Shown here: positions 9,383 through 17,410 of the stretch, piece by piece
Numbering within the stretch: the stretch's first letter is position 1
How the letters are laid out: each line of letters opens with the position of its first letter
Origin: Planctomycetota bacterium
Lineage (GTDB): Bacteria > Planctomycetota > SZUA-567 > H5-PLA8
Length of the DNA stretch: 26,506 nucleotides
NCBI GenBank assembly: GCA_045863855.1
Contig: BTVV01000083.1
Coordinates: 1 to 26,506, forward strand
Reading direction: 5' to 3'
Made by a program: the position numbers and the translations under genes
The notes under the pieces: model-generated
What the model was told of the DNA's origin: nothing
The model's database searches: none
What the model saw: only the letters and a program-made list of their open reading frames with translations

Positions 9383-9408
9383 ACCCTAGCGCAAATTTGC
9401 GCTAGGGT
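9383..9408. repeat. perfect 26-bp palindrome ACCCTAGCGCAAATTTGCGCTAGGGT
   Basis: Read directly from the sequence; no spacer. Confidence 0.9.
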
Positions 9409-9494
9409 CGCCGGCCGTCCTGGACCGTTCCTTCCCGCCGCCCTTCAAACCGCTTCCCGCGCCGCTGTACGGGGGCGCCCATCAGGAGCAACCC

Positions 9495-9713
9495 ATGAGC
9501 CTACCAGGTCGTACGTTCCACATTCGTTTACCGCCGCGCCTGCAACACGCGATCGAAACGCTCCACGCGCGCCATTTCGCGGGGCTGCCGGTCGGCTCGA
9601 TTTTGAAGCTGCTGGTCTTGGACCAGTTGAGCAAGGACGAAGCCGAACTGGTGCGGATCGTCGCCGAGCGGATCCGGCGGGGCGGGCGGGCCGAGCAATC
9701 GTTACCGCCGTAA
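9495..9713 (+). CDS. small ribbon-helix-helix-like DNA-binding protein
   Basis: AGGAG RBS. TFHIRLPPRLQHAIE fits the RHH beta-strand plus helix pattern. Confidence 0.6.
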   Translation: MSLPGRTFHIRLPPRLQHAIETLHARHFAGLPVGSILKLLVLDQLSKDEAELVRIVAERIRRGGRAEQSLPP

Positions 9714-9724
9714 GCGGCGGATTC

Positions 9725-9756
9725 CCCCTATTTTTCTCAACGTCTCGCGCGATAAT
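9725..9756 (+). promoter_or_regulatory. putative element-specific promoter CCCCTATTTTTCT-N13-GATAAT
   Basis: The same 13-mer, with the same spacing to a -10-like hexamer, recurs at 21795-21826. Confidence 0.55.
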
Positions 9757-9793
9757 GGCGTCGAAGTTTGAACCCCATAATGCGGAGGCACGC

Positions 9794-10078
9794 ATGGCTA
9801 CGCTTGAAATCACGCTGACGGATGACGTGGACGGTCCGGCCTTTGGCGACGGCACGCTCGCGCTCATGCCGCGATTCTTCGGCAACGGCCGCGAGTCGGC
9901 GCCGTGCGCGTTGCTCACGGTGAAGAGCTGCGACGGTGCGGTCGCGAGCCGGTTCCTGCTGGTCGTGAACGGCAGGAACCTGGCGCTTGAATTGGTGGAC
10001 CGCACGCGGCCGGTAATGGCGACGTTGGACCGGCTGGAGGCGGAAGCGGCGAAGGCGAAGGCCGCCGCCCCTTCGTAG
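9794..10078 (+). CDS. hypothetical protein (94 aa)
   Basis: GGAGG RBS before ATG 9794; GC-rich third codon positions. Confidence 0.65.
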   Translation: MATLEITLTDDVDGPAFGDGTLALMPRFFGNGRESAPCALLTVKSCDGAVASRFLLVVNGRNLALELVDRTRPVMATLDRLEAEAAKAKAAAPS

Positions 10079-10079
10079 G

Positions 10080-10478
10080 CTACTTCATCCGGCGCGCGGA
10101 CGATTCTTCTGCAAGCGCGAGCACCGGTAGTACGGCGGCCAGCGCATCCCGGTCGTGGCGTTCTAGGATCGCATCCAAGCGCTGACGCGCCTGGGCTGCC
10201 ATGGTGGACCACGGATCCGCAGGTTTCACCTGGATCAACTCGTGTGCGGCGACGCCCAATGCCTCCGCGATACGCACGACGAGTTCAAGGCCCGGCTCCG
10301 CCTCGCCCTTTTCCAGGCGCGTGATGTAGCTGAGGCTGAACGCCGCGCGTCGAGCCAGTTCGATCTGCTTCATGCCCAGGCCCGTCCGTAGCTCGCGTAC
10401 CCGACGGCCGAAATGCTTCACCGCTTCGGCGCGATTGAGCGCGACCTTTTTCCGCCGGCTCTTGTTCGATTTTGGCAT
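10080..10478 (-). CDS. XRE-family HTH transcriptional regulator (probable element repressor)
   Basis: FGRRVRELR..GMKQIELARRAAFSLSYITRLEKGEAEPGLELVVRIAEALGV is a canonical HTH_3 pattern. Confidence 0.9.
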   Translation of the reverse strand: MPKSNKSRRKKVALNRAEAVKHFGRRVRELRTGLGMKQIELARRAAFSLSYITRLEKGEAEPGLELVVRIAEALGVAAHELIQVKPADPWSTMAAQARQRLDAILERHDRDALAAVLPVLALAEESSARRMK

Positions 10479-10646
10479 GGTACGCCCTCTCCGGTGAGAT
10501 CGGCCGGAGAGGGAACACGTGCATACATACGATACTATCTATCAGACTACATTATTGTGCTTTGTGTGCCCCTAGTTATACTCCGCCGTTATCGAACGGG
10601 CCGATGGGCGCCCGGGGAACTTTATCGAGACTGCGGGGCGGGGCCG

Positions 10647-11309
10647 ATGAGCGAGATTACCGCGAAATGGGAAGCACTGGGCGGCAAGGGCGGCTTTCTC
10701 GGGGATGCGCTCCAAGAGGAATCCGCCTGCCCCGACGGCGTGGGACGATATCGCCCGTTTCAGCACGGCCACATCTATTGGCATCCGGAGACCGGCGCAC
10801 ACGAGGTCCATGGGGCCATCCGCGACAAGTATGGTGAAAGGGGCTGGGAGAAGAGCAACCTCGGATACCCAGTTTCGGACGAAAAGCCGGGGCTTGAAGG
10901 TATAGGGCGGTTTAGCGAATTTCAGCGCGGCTTTATCGTGTGGGACCAGGAGAAGAACACCTGCGAGGTGGTCGAAAACCAAGGTGAATACGCAAAGCAC
11001 TATTCCGAACCGGCGTTCTGGGAGACGGTGACCGACTACGCATTGAAGGCCGGGCGGCAGGTCATTGAATATGCGGTGATCCTGTACTACTCGCTGATGG
11101 ATCCGGATACTCCCGTTTGGGCACGAACGGTCATCCTTAGCGCATTGGGTTACTTCATCTTTCCCGTGGACGCCGTTCCTGATGTCGTTCCGGTCATCGG
11201 ATTTTCGGACGACTTGCTTGTTCTTGCTGCGGCCTTGGTCGTCGTAGCGATCCATATCAAGCCCGAGCACCGTGAAAAGGCGCAGTTGAAGCTGAAGGAG
11301 TGGTTCTAA
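10647..11309 (+). CDS. LGFP-repeat / YkvA (DUF1232) fusion protein
   Basis: Two LGFP-type repeats (W..LGG..G.LG, FQHGHIYW, LGYPVSDE, FQRGFIVW) followed by ALGYFIFPVDAVPDVVPVIGFSDD of DUF1232. Confidence 0.8.
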   Translation: MSEITAKWEALGGKGGFLGDALQEESACPDGVGRYRPFQHGHIYWHPETGAHEVHGAIRDKYGERGWEKSNLGYPVSDEKPGLEGIGRFSEFQRGFIVWDQEKNTCEVVENQGEYAKHYSEPAFWETVTDYALKAGRQVIEYAVILYYSLMDPDTPVWARTVILSALGYFIFPVDAVPDVVPVIGFSDDLLVLAAALVVVAIHIKPEHREKAQLKLKEWF

Positions 11310-11323
11310 GGCAGGGGGCCAAT

Positions 11324-11746
11324 ATGCCAAAGGGTGAAGAAGAGGAAGTGGGCACGGGGTGGAAGGTGCTCGGGCTTGGAATCCTGGGGCTTGTTTTCAT
11401 CATCACCCGTGTTGGGTCGCATTCCTACCCTTGGAACGAGCCCGGCTGCCAAGCGGGTCCCGGTGACCATGCCGGCGCCAACTCGGTCTACACAAGCCGC
11501 TACGAACCCGGATCCTACGGAGCTTTCTGGGAGAACGAGGAACGCGCCGCGCGGGGCGTACCCGGCGCCGTAGCCAGCCCGGGGCTGATGCCCAGCCGGG
11601 AGTTTTCCCAACGCGTCGAATCCCTTGCGCAAGAGCAAGGTTCGAAGGCGCAGCAACTGGAGATTGAACGCCAACGTGCGGAATTAGAGCAGCTTCGCCG
11701 CGAGCTAGACGCAATGAAATTAGAACGTGCGGAGAGGGGCTTCTAG
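11324..11746 (+). CDS. single-TM protein with C-terminal coiled coil
   Basis: TM segment VLGLGILGLVFII and an E/R/Q-rich coiled-coil tail; follows the upstream gene by 14 bp. Confidence 0.6.
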   Translation: MPKGEEEEVGTGWKVLGLGILGLVFIITRVGSHSYPWNEPGCQAGPGDHAGANSVYTSRYEPGSYGAFWENEERAARGVPGAVASPGLMPSREFSQRVESLAQEQGSKAQQLEIERQRAELEQLRRELDAMKLERAERGF

Positions 11747-11783
11747 CGGCGATTGGCATAGCGAGCCCAAGGAGGGAAGTGTC

Positions 11784-11954
11784 ATGCCATATTTCCATGA
11801 GCTTGTGCAACGCTACTGCGACAACATGGATTGGTTGGAAGAAAATCTCACGCCGGACGAAATGGCATGCGTTGAAGCCGTGGTATCTACCTTCCTATTC
11901 TTCGTGGGCTTTGTACCCTTCTACTTGCTCTTCCGCTGCATCAGCCCGCATTGA
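11784..11954 (+). CDS. small membrane protein (56 aa)
   Basis: AAGGAGG RBS and a C-terminal hydrophobic helix. Confidence 0.5.
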   Translation: MPYFHELVQRYCDNMDWLEENLTPDEMACVEAVVSTFLFFVGFVPFYLLFRCISPH

Positions 11955-12025
11955 TTCGGAGGTATGTAAGGAAAGACCAAGTATTCCGGCATGCCAGGGC
12001 TGCGCCATGCTTCCCGGAACGCCGT

Positions 12026-12964
12026 TCACACGGCGTCCAAGCCGAAGTCGTCCGCCGCGCTTTGCAGGATGCGGCCCAGCGCGAACGGGTCGGTTCCATT
12101 GGGCAGGTTCAAGAGTGCCGCCGCCAAACTTGCGCGTTCCTTCTCTTCGATCAGTTTCAGGCGCTCCCATTCACCCTTGGCCAAATGCCGGGTAATGCAG
12201 GCTTCAACCATGCGCCGCAGTTCGGCCATCGGCATGGCGTCAATCTCGACGGACTCGCCATCAAAGGAGGCCGCGCGGGAATCCGACTTCTTCGTCGGGC
12301 GCGTCGGGAGTTGGAACTGCTCGATCTGCTCCGGCAGGACGGCGACTCGCTCGAACTCAACGTCTACGTTGAAGTCCTCCTGCATGGTTGCCCGTGCTTT
12401 GCGGTCGATGAATACGCCGCTGGGGTCGTGGTCGCCGAAGTAGTAGACTTGGTTGCGCCGACGTTGAGTCTCCATCGCCTTGAAGATTCCAGCCGCAGCG
12501 CTCAGGCTGGAAAGACTGGCGAAACCGCGGCACGGAAAAACCTTCACGCCGAACGGTTCAGCCACGTCCTTCAGGATGCCTGCGATCGCGTCCTTCTCAC
12601 ACCATATCTCCACGTACACCCCCGTCGCCGACCATGCGTTCTTCCGGTACAGGCTCACGGCGCTTAAAAGCGCGTCCGAGATCGAATCGTAGGTCGGCAT
12701 GCCAATATGCCAGCGCTGGCTATCAACGAACGAGTCCCAGGGGATAGAGCCGGCACGGCGCCACCCGGCCAGCAGCCTGCACAGGCGCTTGTACTCGGCT
12801 TCGGTCTTCTCAAGCAAAGTGGCGCTCACCAGCCGGTAGAACATGTGCCTGACGGACATCTGGCCCGGTTCAGAGGCGAGGATGGCCATCGCTCCCTCCA
12901 AGAGGCGCTGCAATTCCGCCTTAGTGCTGCGGCCGCGCTTTACGAGACTAGTCCGGTAAGCCAT
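12026..12964 (-). CDS. Topo VI-A/Spo11-like (Mini-A / DUF2399-type) winged-helix + Toprim protein
   Basis: N-terminal MSVRHMFYRLV with a candidate catalytic Tyr; Toprim motifs VEIWCEKD, CRGFAS, YFGDHDPSG and EIDA. Confidence 0.8.
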   Translation of the reverse strand: MAYRTSLVKRGRSTKAELQRLLEGAMAILASEPGQMSVRHMFYRLVSATLLEKTEAEYKRLCRLLAGWRRAGSIPWDSFVDSQRWHIGMPTYDSISDALLSAVSLYRKNAWSATGVYVEIWCEKDAIAGILKDVAEPFGVKVFPCRGFASLSSLSAAAGIFKAMETQRRRNQVYYFGDHDPSGVFIDRKARATMQEDFNVDVEFERVAVLPEQIEQFQLPTRPTKKSDSRAASFDGESVEIDAMPMAELRRMVEACITRHLAKGEWERLKLIEEKERASLAAALLNLPNGTDPFALGRILQSAADDFGLDAV

Positions 12965-13105
12965 GGGTTGCCCCCTTTAAGTCGGAATCCGCTTTACTTT
13001 GCGTATCTCGCCATGCATTGCACTTCGGCCTTCTCCGCTGTGGAGAGGGGGCGGCTGATTGGCGAGCTCTTGGGCATCCCGCCGTTATTGGCAGGACTCA
13101 CAAAT

Positions 13106-13492
13106 TCACGAGCGTATCTCCGTGCGGGGGATCGGATGAACTTGGTACTGTGCAGTTCGTCCCGGCCCCACCAACTCTTGGGTGAGGTGCCCGCTAGACT
13201 TCAGCTTCGCCAGGGCCCATCGAATAGTGCGCAACGGTTTGCCCGCGAGAATCTCCAGTTTCTTCGCGGAGATGCGCGCGCAGTATTGTCCGGCTAGAGC
13301 ACCTTTCGAAAATCGCGCCTGCCGAGTCGCCTCCCATTCCAGGCAGAAGAGGACCGCCGACCGGGTATCGGGCATGGCGCGCGCCAACGCCTGCATGCGC
13401 GATAGCGAGATGTGCGCGAAGGCTTCCTGGGATACGGAGGCGATCCCGAGACCCACATCGTCATCGTTCAGCGGGGTAAGCGCGATTGTCAC
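13106..13492 (-). CDS. small winged-HTH DNA-binding protein
   Basis: ISAKKLEILAGKPLRTIRWALAKLKSSGHL...GRTAQY is a wHTH pattern. GTGA overlap with the polymerase stop. Confidence 0.7.
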   Translation of the reverse strand: MTIALTPLNDDDVGLGIASVSQEAFAHISLSRMQALARAMPDTRSAVLFCLEWEATRQARFSKGALAGQYCARISAKKLEILAGKPLRTIRWALAKLKSSGHLTQELVGPGRTAQYQVHPIPRTEIRS

Positions 13493-15279
13493 GAGGCCGC
13501 CTCCAGGCCCGCCAGCATGGTTTCGAGCGAGTCCTCCTTTCCGTCCTTGGCGAACCGTCGCAGGACCTCTATGTCCCGGCGCGGCATCAACCCGGGAAAC
13601 AGTTGCGACACGGCGTTGGCCGTGGCCGAAACGATGCGCTTCCGCGCCTCGGCAATCGCTTTCCGATCATCCAAGACGCTCAACAGGTACGCGTCGTGGA
13701 TCGGTAGGCGGATATCCAGGCCTAGATCGTCCAGGTAGAGGCCAGTTAGCTGAAAGCACGTGGCCGCGGCCGACTGTATCGGGAAGTTTTGGCAGGACCG
13801 AGCGAGGTGCCCATGGCCGACTCCGGGTTGGGCGGCAAAGCAAGCCCGAAACCCGAATGCGTTCTCCGCCCATCCGCGTTCCAAGCCAGCGGACACGTAC
13901 GCTTTGAGGTAATCGAAAAGCTCGCGGTAGGCGCGCTGGAACGCGGAGAGGTGGGCCAGTGCCGTCTGGTAGGGTACGCCCAGATCGGACGCGATGGACC
14001 TGATGCCCTTGCCGTACAGGATCGCAAGCATGAGCGCCTTTAGTAAGGTCTTTCGGACTCGCCGCTGCTCTTCGGGCGTCATGTCGTCGCGGATCAGACC
14101 CAGGCGCCGGCCCAGGTTGAGGTACACGTCGCCGTTCGCGAAATCCTGTAGCAGCGCGACACACCCGCTGATCCAGCCCGCGATCCCGGGCTCCTGCTGA
14201 CTGAAATCGAAATGCAGAAACACACAGCCTTCATCGGGGAGCAGGAGCGGGCGGAGTTCACCCGGCATGCCCATCAGATTTGGGGACACGGTGGAGTTTC
14301 GGCCTGTGTGCTGGGCCAGCGGCAGAATCCCGCATCGCAATCGGCCGTCGAGATCCACCCGGCTGCCGATATCCTGACCCATGAACGAATCGAACCGCCT
14401 AAGCTCATACGCCGCGTTGATCGCGGGGTGGAGCCCGCGAAATTCTTTCAGGTGCTCCTCCTTCGCGCTCAGCTTTCGAGTCGGGGTTTTGGGCCATTCT
14501 TGCGCCAAGCCCAAGTTGGAGATCATCCGCGTGAAACCCGTGCTGCCGAGGCCCTCTCCGTCGTGGTCGTAGCCGACCGAGCGCATCAGCTCAAGCCGTG
14601 GCTCTCGATACCGCGGGGCGGCCTCTTGCAGGCGCGACCACGCGTGTTGGTCGAACCTCAAACCCCGGCTGGCGGCTTGGGCCATCAGCCGTGTGTAGGG
14701 CTGGTACAGTTCGACGAGATTGCGCTCCGCAGTTGGCCCGCAATGGCGCTTTAGGTCGGCCATCAACGGGCCGAACGCCTTGAGAGATGTTCGGGCGTCG
14801 TCAGTACAGTATTCTAGTACGCGCTGCAGACCAAACTTTTCGGCGTGCTCTCCGCGCATTATCGCTTCGCGAATTTCGTCCTTTTCGCCTTCCCCGATGA
14901 AAGGGATGTGAAAACGCGAAGCGAGATTCCCGAGGCTCGCCGCGCGGTAGAATCCGCCGGGCAGCTTGAAGGCCGAGGCGTGCAACACCATCAGCAGCAT
15001 GGTCAACGTGTCGAAGTAGCGGTTGGGGAAACGCAGCCCGACAGCGCGGCAAAAGCCCAACTCGGCGTGCGCGCCGTGGACGATGAACACGTTCTCCGGA
15101 TCGTCGAGGACGCGCTGGAGTTGGCCGTAGTGCTCGGTCAGGCGCAGTTCGCGCCCATCGTCGAATACAAGACAGGCGCAAACCGGCTGGAGCGTGGTCA
15201 CGTCGGCGTGCGTGCGCCCACCACCCAGGTCCACCACACGCCGGAAGCTGTACTCCGTGTCGAAGCCGACCAGCATCAC
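13489..15279 (-). CDS. family A DNA polymerase with 3'-5' exonuclease and no 5'-3' nuclease domain (mobile-element type)
   Basis: ExoI FDTEY, ExoIII YCTDD, TGR motif, motif A DFSQQE, motif B RKTLLKALMLAILYG, NFPIQS and motif C IHD; 596 aa. Confidence 0.95.
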   Translation of the reverse strand: MMLVGFDTEYSFRRVVDLGGGRTHADVTTLQPVCACLVFDDGRELRLTEHYGQLQRVLDDPENVFIVHGAHAELGFCRAVGLRFPNRYFDTLTMLLMVLHASAFKLPGGFYRAASLGNLASRFHIPFIGEGEKDEIREAIMRGEHAEKFGLQRVLEYCTDDARTSLKAFGPLMADLKRHCGPTAERNLVELYQPYTRLMAQAASRGLRFDQHAWSRLQEAAPRYREPRLELMRSVGYDHDGEGLGSTGFTRMISNLGLAQEWPKTPTRKLSAKEEHLKEFRGLHPAINAAYELRRFDSFMGQDIGSRVDLDGRLRCGILPLAQHTGRNSTVSPNLMGMPGELRPLLLPDEGCVFLHFDFSQQEPGIAGWISGCVALLQDFANGDVYLNLGRRLGLIRDDMTPEEQRRVRKTLLKALMLAILYGKGIRSIASDLGVPYQTALAHLSAFQRAYRELFDYLKAYVSAGLERGWAENAFGFRACFAAQPGVGHGHLARSCQNFPIQSAAATCFQLTGLYLDDLGLDIRLPIHDAYLLSVLDDRKAIAEARKRIVSATANAVSQLFPGLMPRRDIEVLRRFAKDGKEDSLETMLAGLEAAS

Positions 15280-16037
15280 CCGACCTCCTTCGCGGCGAGC
15301 AGAGTCCGAATCTCGGCGTTGTCGGCGGCCAGCGCGTTGATGTCGTCGTAGGCCACGGCCTGGAGCGCATCAATGATCGCGTCCTGGTCGGGCCACGCGA
15401 CCTGCACGATGGCGTCGCGCTCGGTCTCGGTGAGGTCGAGCAGGTGGATCACGTGGCGGCGTTTCGAGTCGCTCCACTCTTTGAACGTTTTGTAGTGCGG
15501 GAATCGCGGCTGCAACTGCCGCAGGTCGGCCACGACACGCTGGCCGAACCTGGTCAGCGAGAGCGGCATGAGAACCACTTCAAAGGTCGCCCACGCGAAG
15601 GCCGGCACGAACAGCAACCGGCGCGCGCGCGGCAGGACACGAGGGTCCCGCAGCAACGGCCCCGCTAGGATTTGATGGATCGCCTCGAATTCGCCCTCGG
15701 GCTTGTACGCAAGCCCGTGGAACGAGAGCGCGGCGTCGAGCTTGGGCGTGAAGGTCGCTCCAACGCCCCGCAACTCCCGCACCTCCAGCGACTCGACCGC
15801 TTGCGGTACGGCGAGCTGTGCGTCGGCGGCAGCCGCCAGGTCTACGCGCTTGCGCGGCTGCGGCAGCGGGATCGGCGCCGGCATGCCGGCGTTCGAGAAT
15901 TTCATCGCCGGCTCGACGGCACCTCCCTTCTCGGCAGCAGGCTCGCCATCAGCCGGGCTCGACGCATTGGCCCCCTCGTGATCCAGCGTCCCATCGGGTC
16001 CATCATCCAGCATGCCCGTAGCGACTACGGTGCCCAT
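15276..16037 (-). CDS. hypothetical protein coupled to the polymerase (possible SSB-like accessory factor)
   Basis: AGGAG RBS before ATG 16037; stop overlaps the polymerase start (GTGA). Function is inferred from position only. Confidence 0.65.
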   Translation of the reverse strand: MGTVVATGMLDDGPDGTLDHEGANASSPADGEPAAEKGGAVEPAMKFSNAGMPAPIPLPQPRKRVDLAAAADAQLAVPQAVESLEVRELRGVGATFTPKLDAALSFHGLAYKPEGEFEAIHQILAGPLLRDPRVLPRARRLLFVPAFAWATFEVVLMPLSLTRFGQRVVADLRQLQPRFPHYKTFKEWSDSKRRHVIHLLDLTETERDAIVQVAWPDQDAIIDALQAVAYDDINALAADNAEIRTLLAAKEVG

Positions 16038-16229
16038 GGGTGATCTCCTGGCATGGAGCGGCCCGCGCCGCTGCCCTCTCGGTGGTGGTGGCCAGGATCG
16101 GGCGGGCGGACGCGGGCCGCTATGTGTGAGAGACTGCCTGGCCACCGGGGGAATATGTACGAGGCGTCTTGCGGGTATCGCAAGGGCGACTGTTGCGGAG
16201 CGTTGCGGGCTCTCGACAACCAGATTGAG

Positions 16230-16706
16230 CTAGACGTTCTTTCGGAGGCGGTACTCCCTGCCACTACCAGACTTGCCATTTGATTCCAGCACGTTGGCTT
16301 GAACCATTAGCCTGAGCCATTTTGTTCGCGTCGTCCGATCGCGGGCTTTGAGATCCCCGGCCTTGAACCAATCGCCCGACGTCTTTTGGACTTGCTCCAA
16401 GAATTTCTGATGCGTGGCGAACCCCACCCCCTGGGGAGCCGGGACCGCCTCAGGCTGGGGGGCATCATTGGGCGTGCAGGTAGGGTGGGGCGAACTAATC
16501 GCAAGGCTGTAGTGCTTAGGTAGGGGGTGGTTCCAGACAATCGAACCCTCGCGCTCAAGGTGTTCGAGCACTTCGCGCAGACGATCCCGAAGATCCTCCC
16601 TGGCTTCGGCTGGGAGTTCCCGCCTTAGATAGTTCAATAGTTGAAAGTGGGACTTGGCCCCGATACCGAGCGTGGCCTTCACCAGCCGAAGAACTTGCTT
16701 GTTCAC
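16230..16706 (-). CDS. tandem winged-helix-like DNA-binding protein
   Basis: GGGAGG RBS before GTG 16706. Two segments (LREVLEHLEREGSI and WLRLMVQANVLESNGKSGSGREYRL) resemble wHTH ends, joined by a Pro-rich linker. Confidence 0.6.
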   Translation of the reverse strand: MNKQVLRLVKATLGIGAKSHFQLLNYLRRELPAEAREDLRDRLREVLEHLEREGSIVWNHPLPKHYSLAISSPHPTCTPNDAPQPEAVPAPQGVGFATHQKFLEQVQKTSGDWFKAGDLKARDRTTRTKWLRLMVQANVLESNGKSGSGREYRLRKNV

Positions 16707-16737
16707 CGGAATGCCTCCCCACCAAGAGGATTCTTCA

Positions 16738-16847
16738 TAGTAGTAGAGTAGTAGACAGGAGTGCAACCCGTTGCACGGGTATGGTGCGATGCGTTGCACC
16801 GGTTGTGGGCCCCGAAACAGCAACGTATTGCACCCCTAAAGCACCCC
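16738..16847. repeat. three 16-bp palindromic units (consensus GTGCAAC-NN-GTTGCAC) next to a TAG-rich tract; candidate origin or operator array
   Basis: 16761-16776 GTGCAACCCGTTGCAC, 16784-16799 GTGCGATGCGTTGCAC, 16818-16833 CAGCAACGTATTGCAC; TAGTAGTAGAGTAGTAG at 16738-16754. Confidence 0.65.
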
Positions 16848-16988
16848 AATCTGCCTATGGTCTGGTCTCGTCGATGCCTCCGAGCAACGTCGTGCCGACC
16901 CGCTGACTGCCCCCGCTCTCTATCGAGAATCTAGATAACGAACGCCGCAATCTGATTACATCAAGAACCCCTGCGCTGGAGATCTCAA

Positions 16989-17081
16989 TTGGACTCCCTC
17001 GACCTGCGCGTACTCGTGCTCGCCGTCGTCATCCTGCTCGTCTGGATCTTTGGCGGCCGTGACGACGAAGACCCAGAATGA
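16989..17081 (+). CDS. 30-aa single-TM peptide MDSLDLRVLVLAVVILLVWIFGGRDDEDPE
   Basis: GGAG RBS 7 nt before TTG, strong C/G third-position bias, hydrophobic helix and acidic tail. Below the ORF-track cutoff. Confidence 0.6.
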   Translation: MDSLDLRVLVLAVVILLVWIFGGRDDEDPE

Positions 17082-17410
17082 CCGCCCGTTCAACCCCGGC
17101 CCGCGCTCCGCTCTTGCTCGCTAATCGGGGGGGCGACTGGGAGCGACGAAATTGGGCTCAATGGGCGACCTAAATTCCCAATGGAAGTGAATCCTTTTGG
17201 TTGCGCGCTACGGTTTGGATTCAGTTGTAGAAGTCCACCAGAATTGAGCCTCCGCTTCTCGTCAGAATAAAATACGCGGAAGATCTAGTTCAAGGCCGAA
17301 TTTGCCCCGTCAACACGATCTTCCCTGATCTTTCGGGCCCCGCAAACCTTCAACGAGCCCATTTGACCGGTTGGTGTGCAACCGGTCCAAACCCATTCAG
17401 GAGAGTCGTC

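Noticed and set aside
9794..9835. Lsr2-like start (ITLTDDVDG)
   Set aside because: Similarity is limited to a few residues; the Lsr2 C-terminal RGR DNA-binding domain is absent.
10486..10512. Inverted repeat CCCTCTCCGG...CCGGAGAGGG as a terminator
   Set aside because: It lies between divergent genes over the repressor's RBS and has no U-tract; it may be regulatory but its role cannot be assigned.
12026..12964. Wadjet JetD or a complete topoisomerase VI
   Set aside because: No jetABC (SMC) genes and no GHKL B subunit nearby; the context is a replication operon.
12994..13077. 27-aa minus-strand ORF MPKSSPISRPLSTAEKAEVQCMARYAK between the wHTH and Toprim genes
   Set aside because: Weak RBS and no recognisable features; cannot be supported.
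13489..15279. Host housekeeping polA
   Set aside because: No 5'-3' exonuclease domain, divergent motifs and located inside an integrase-linked element, so no gene symbol is assigned.
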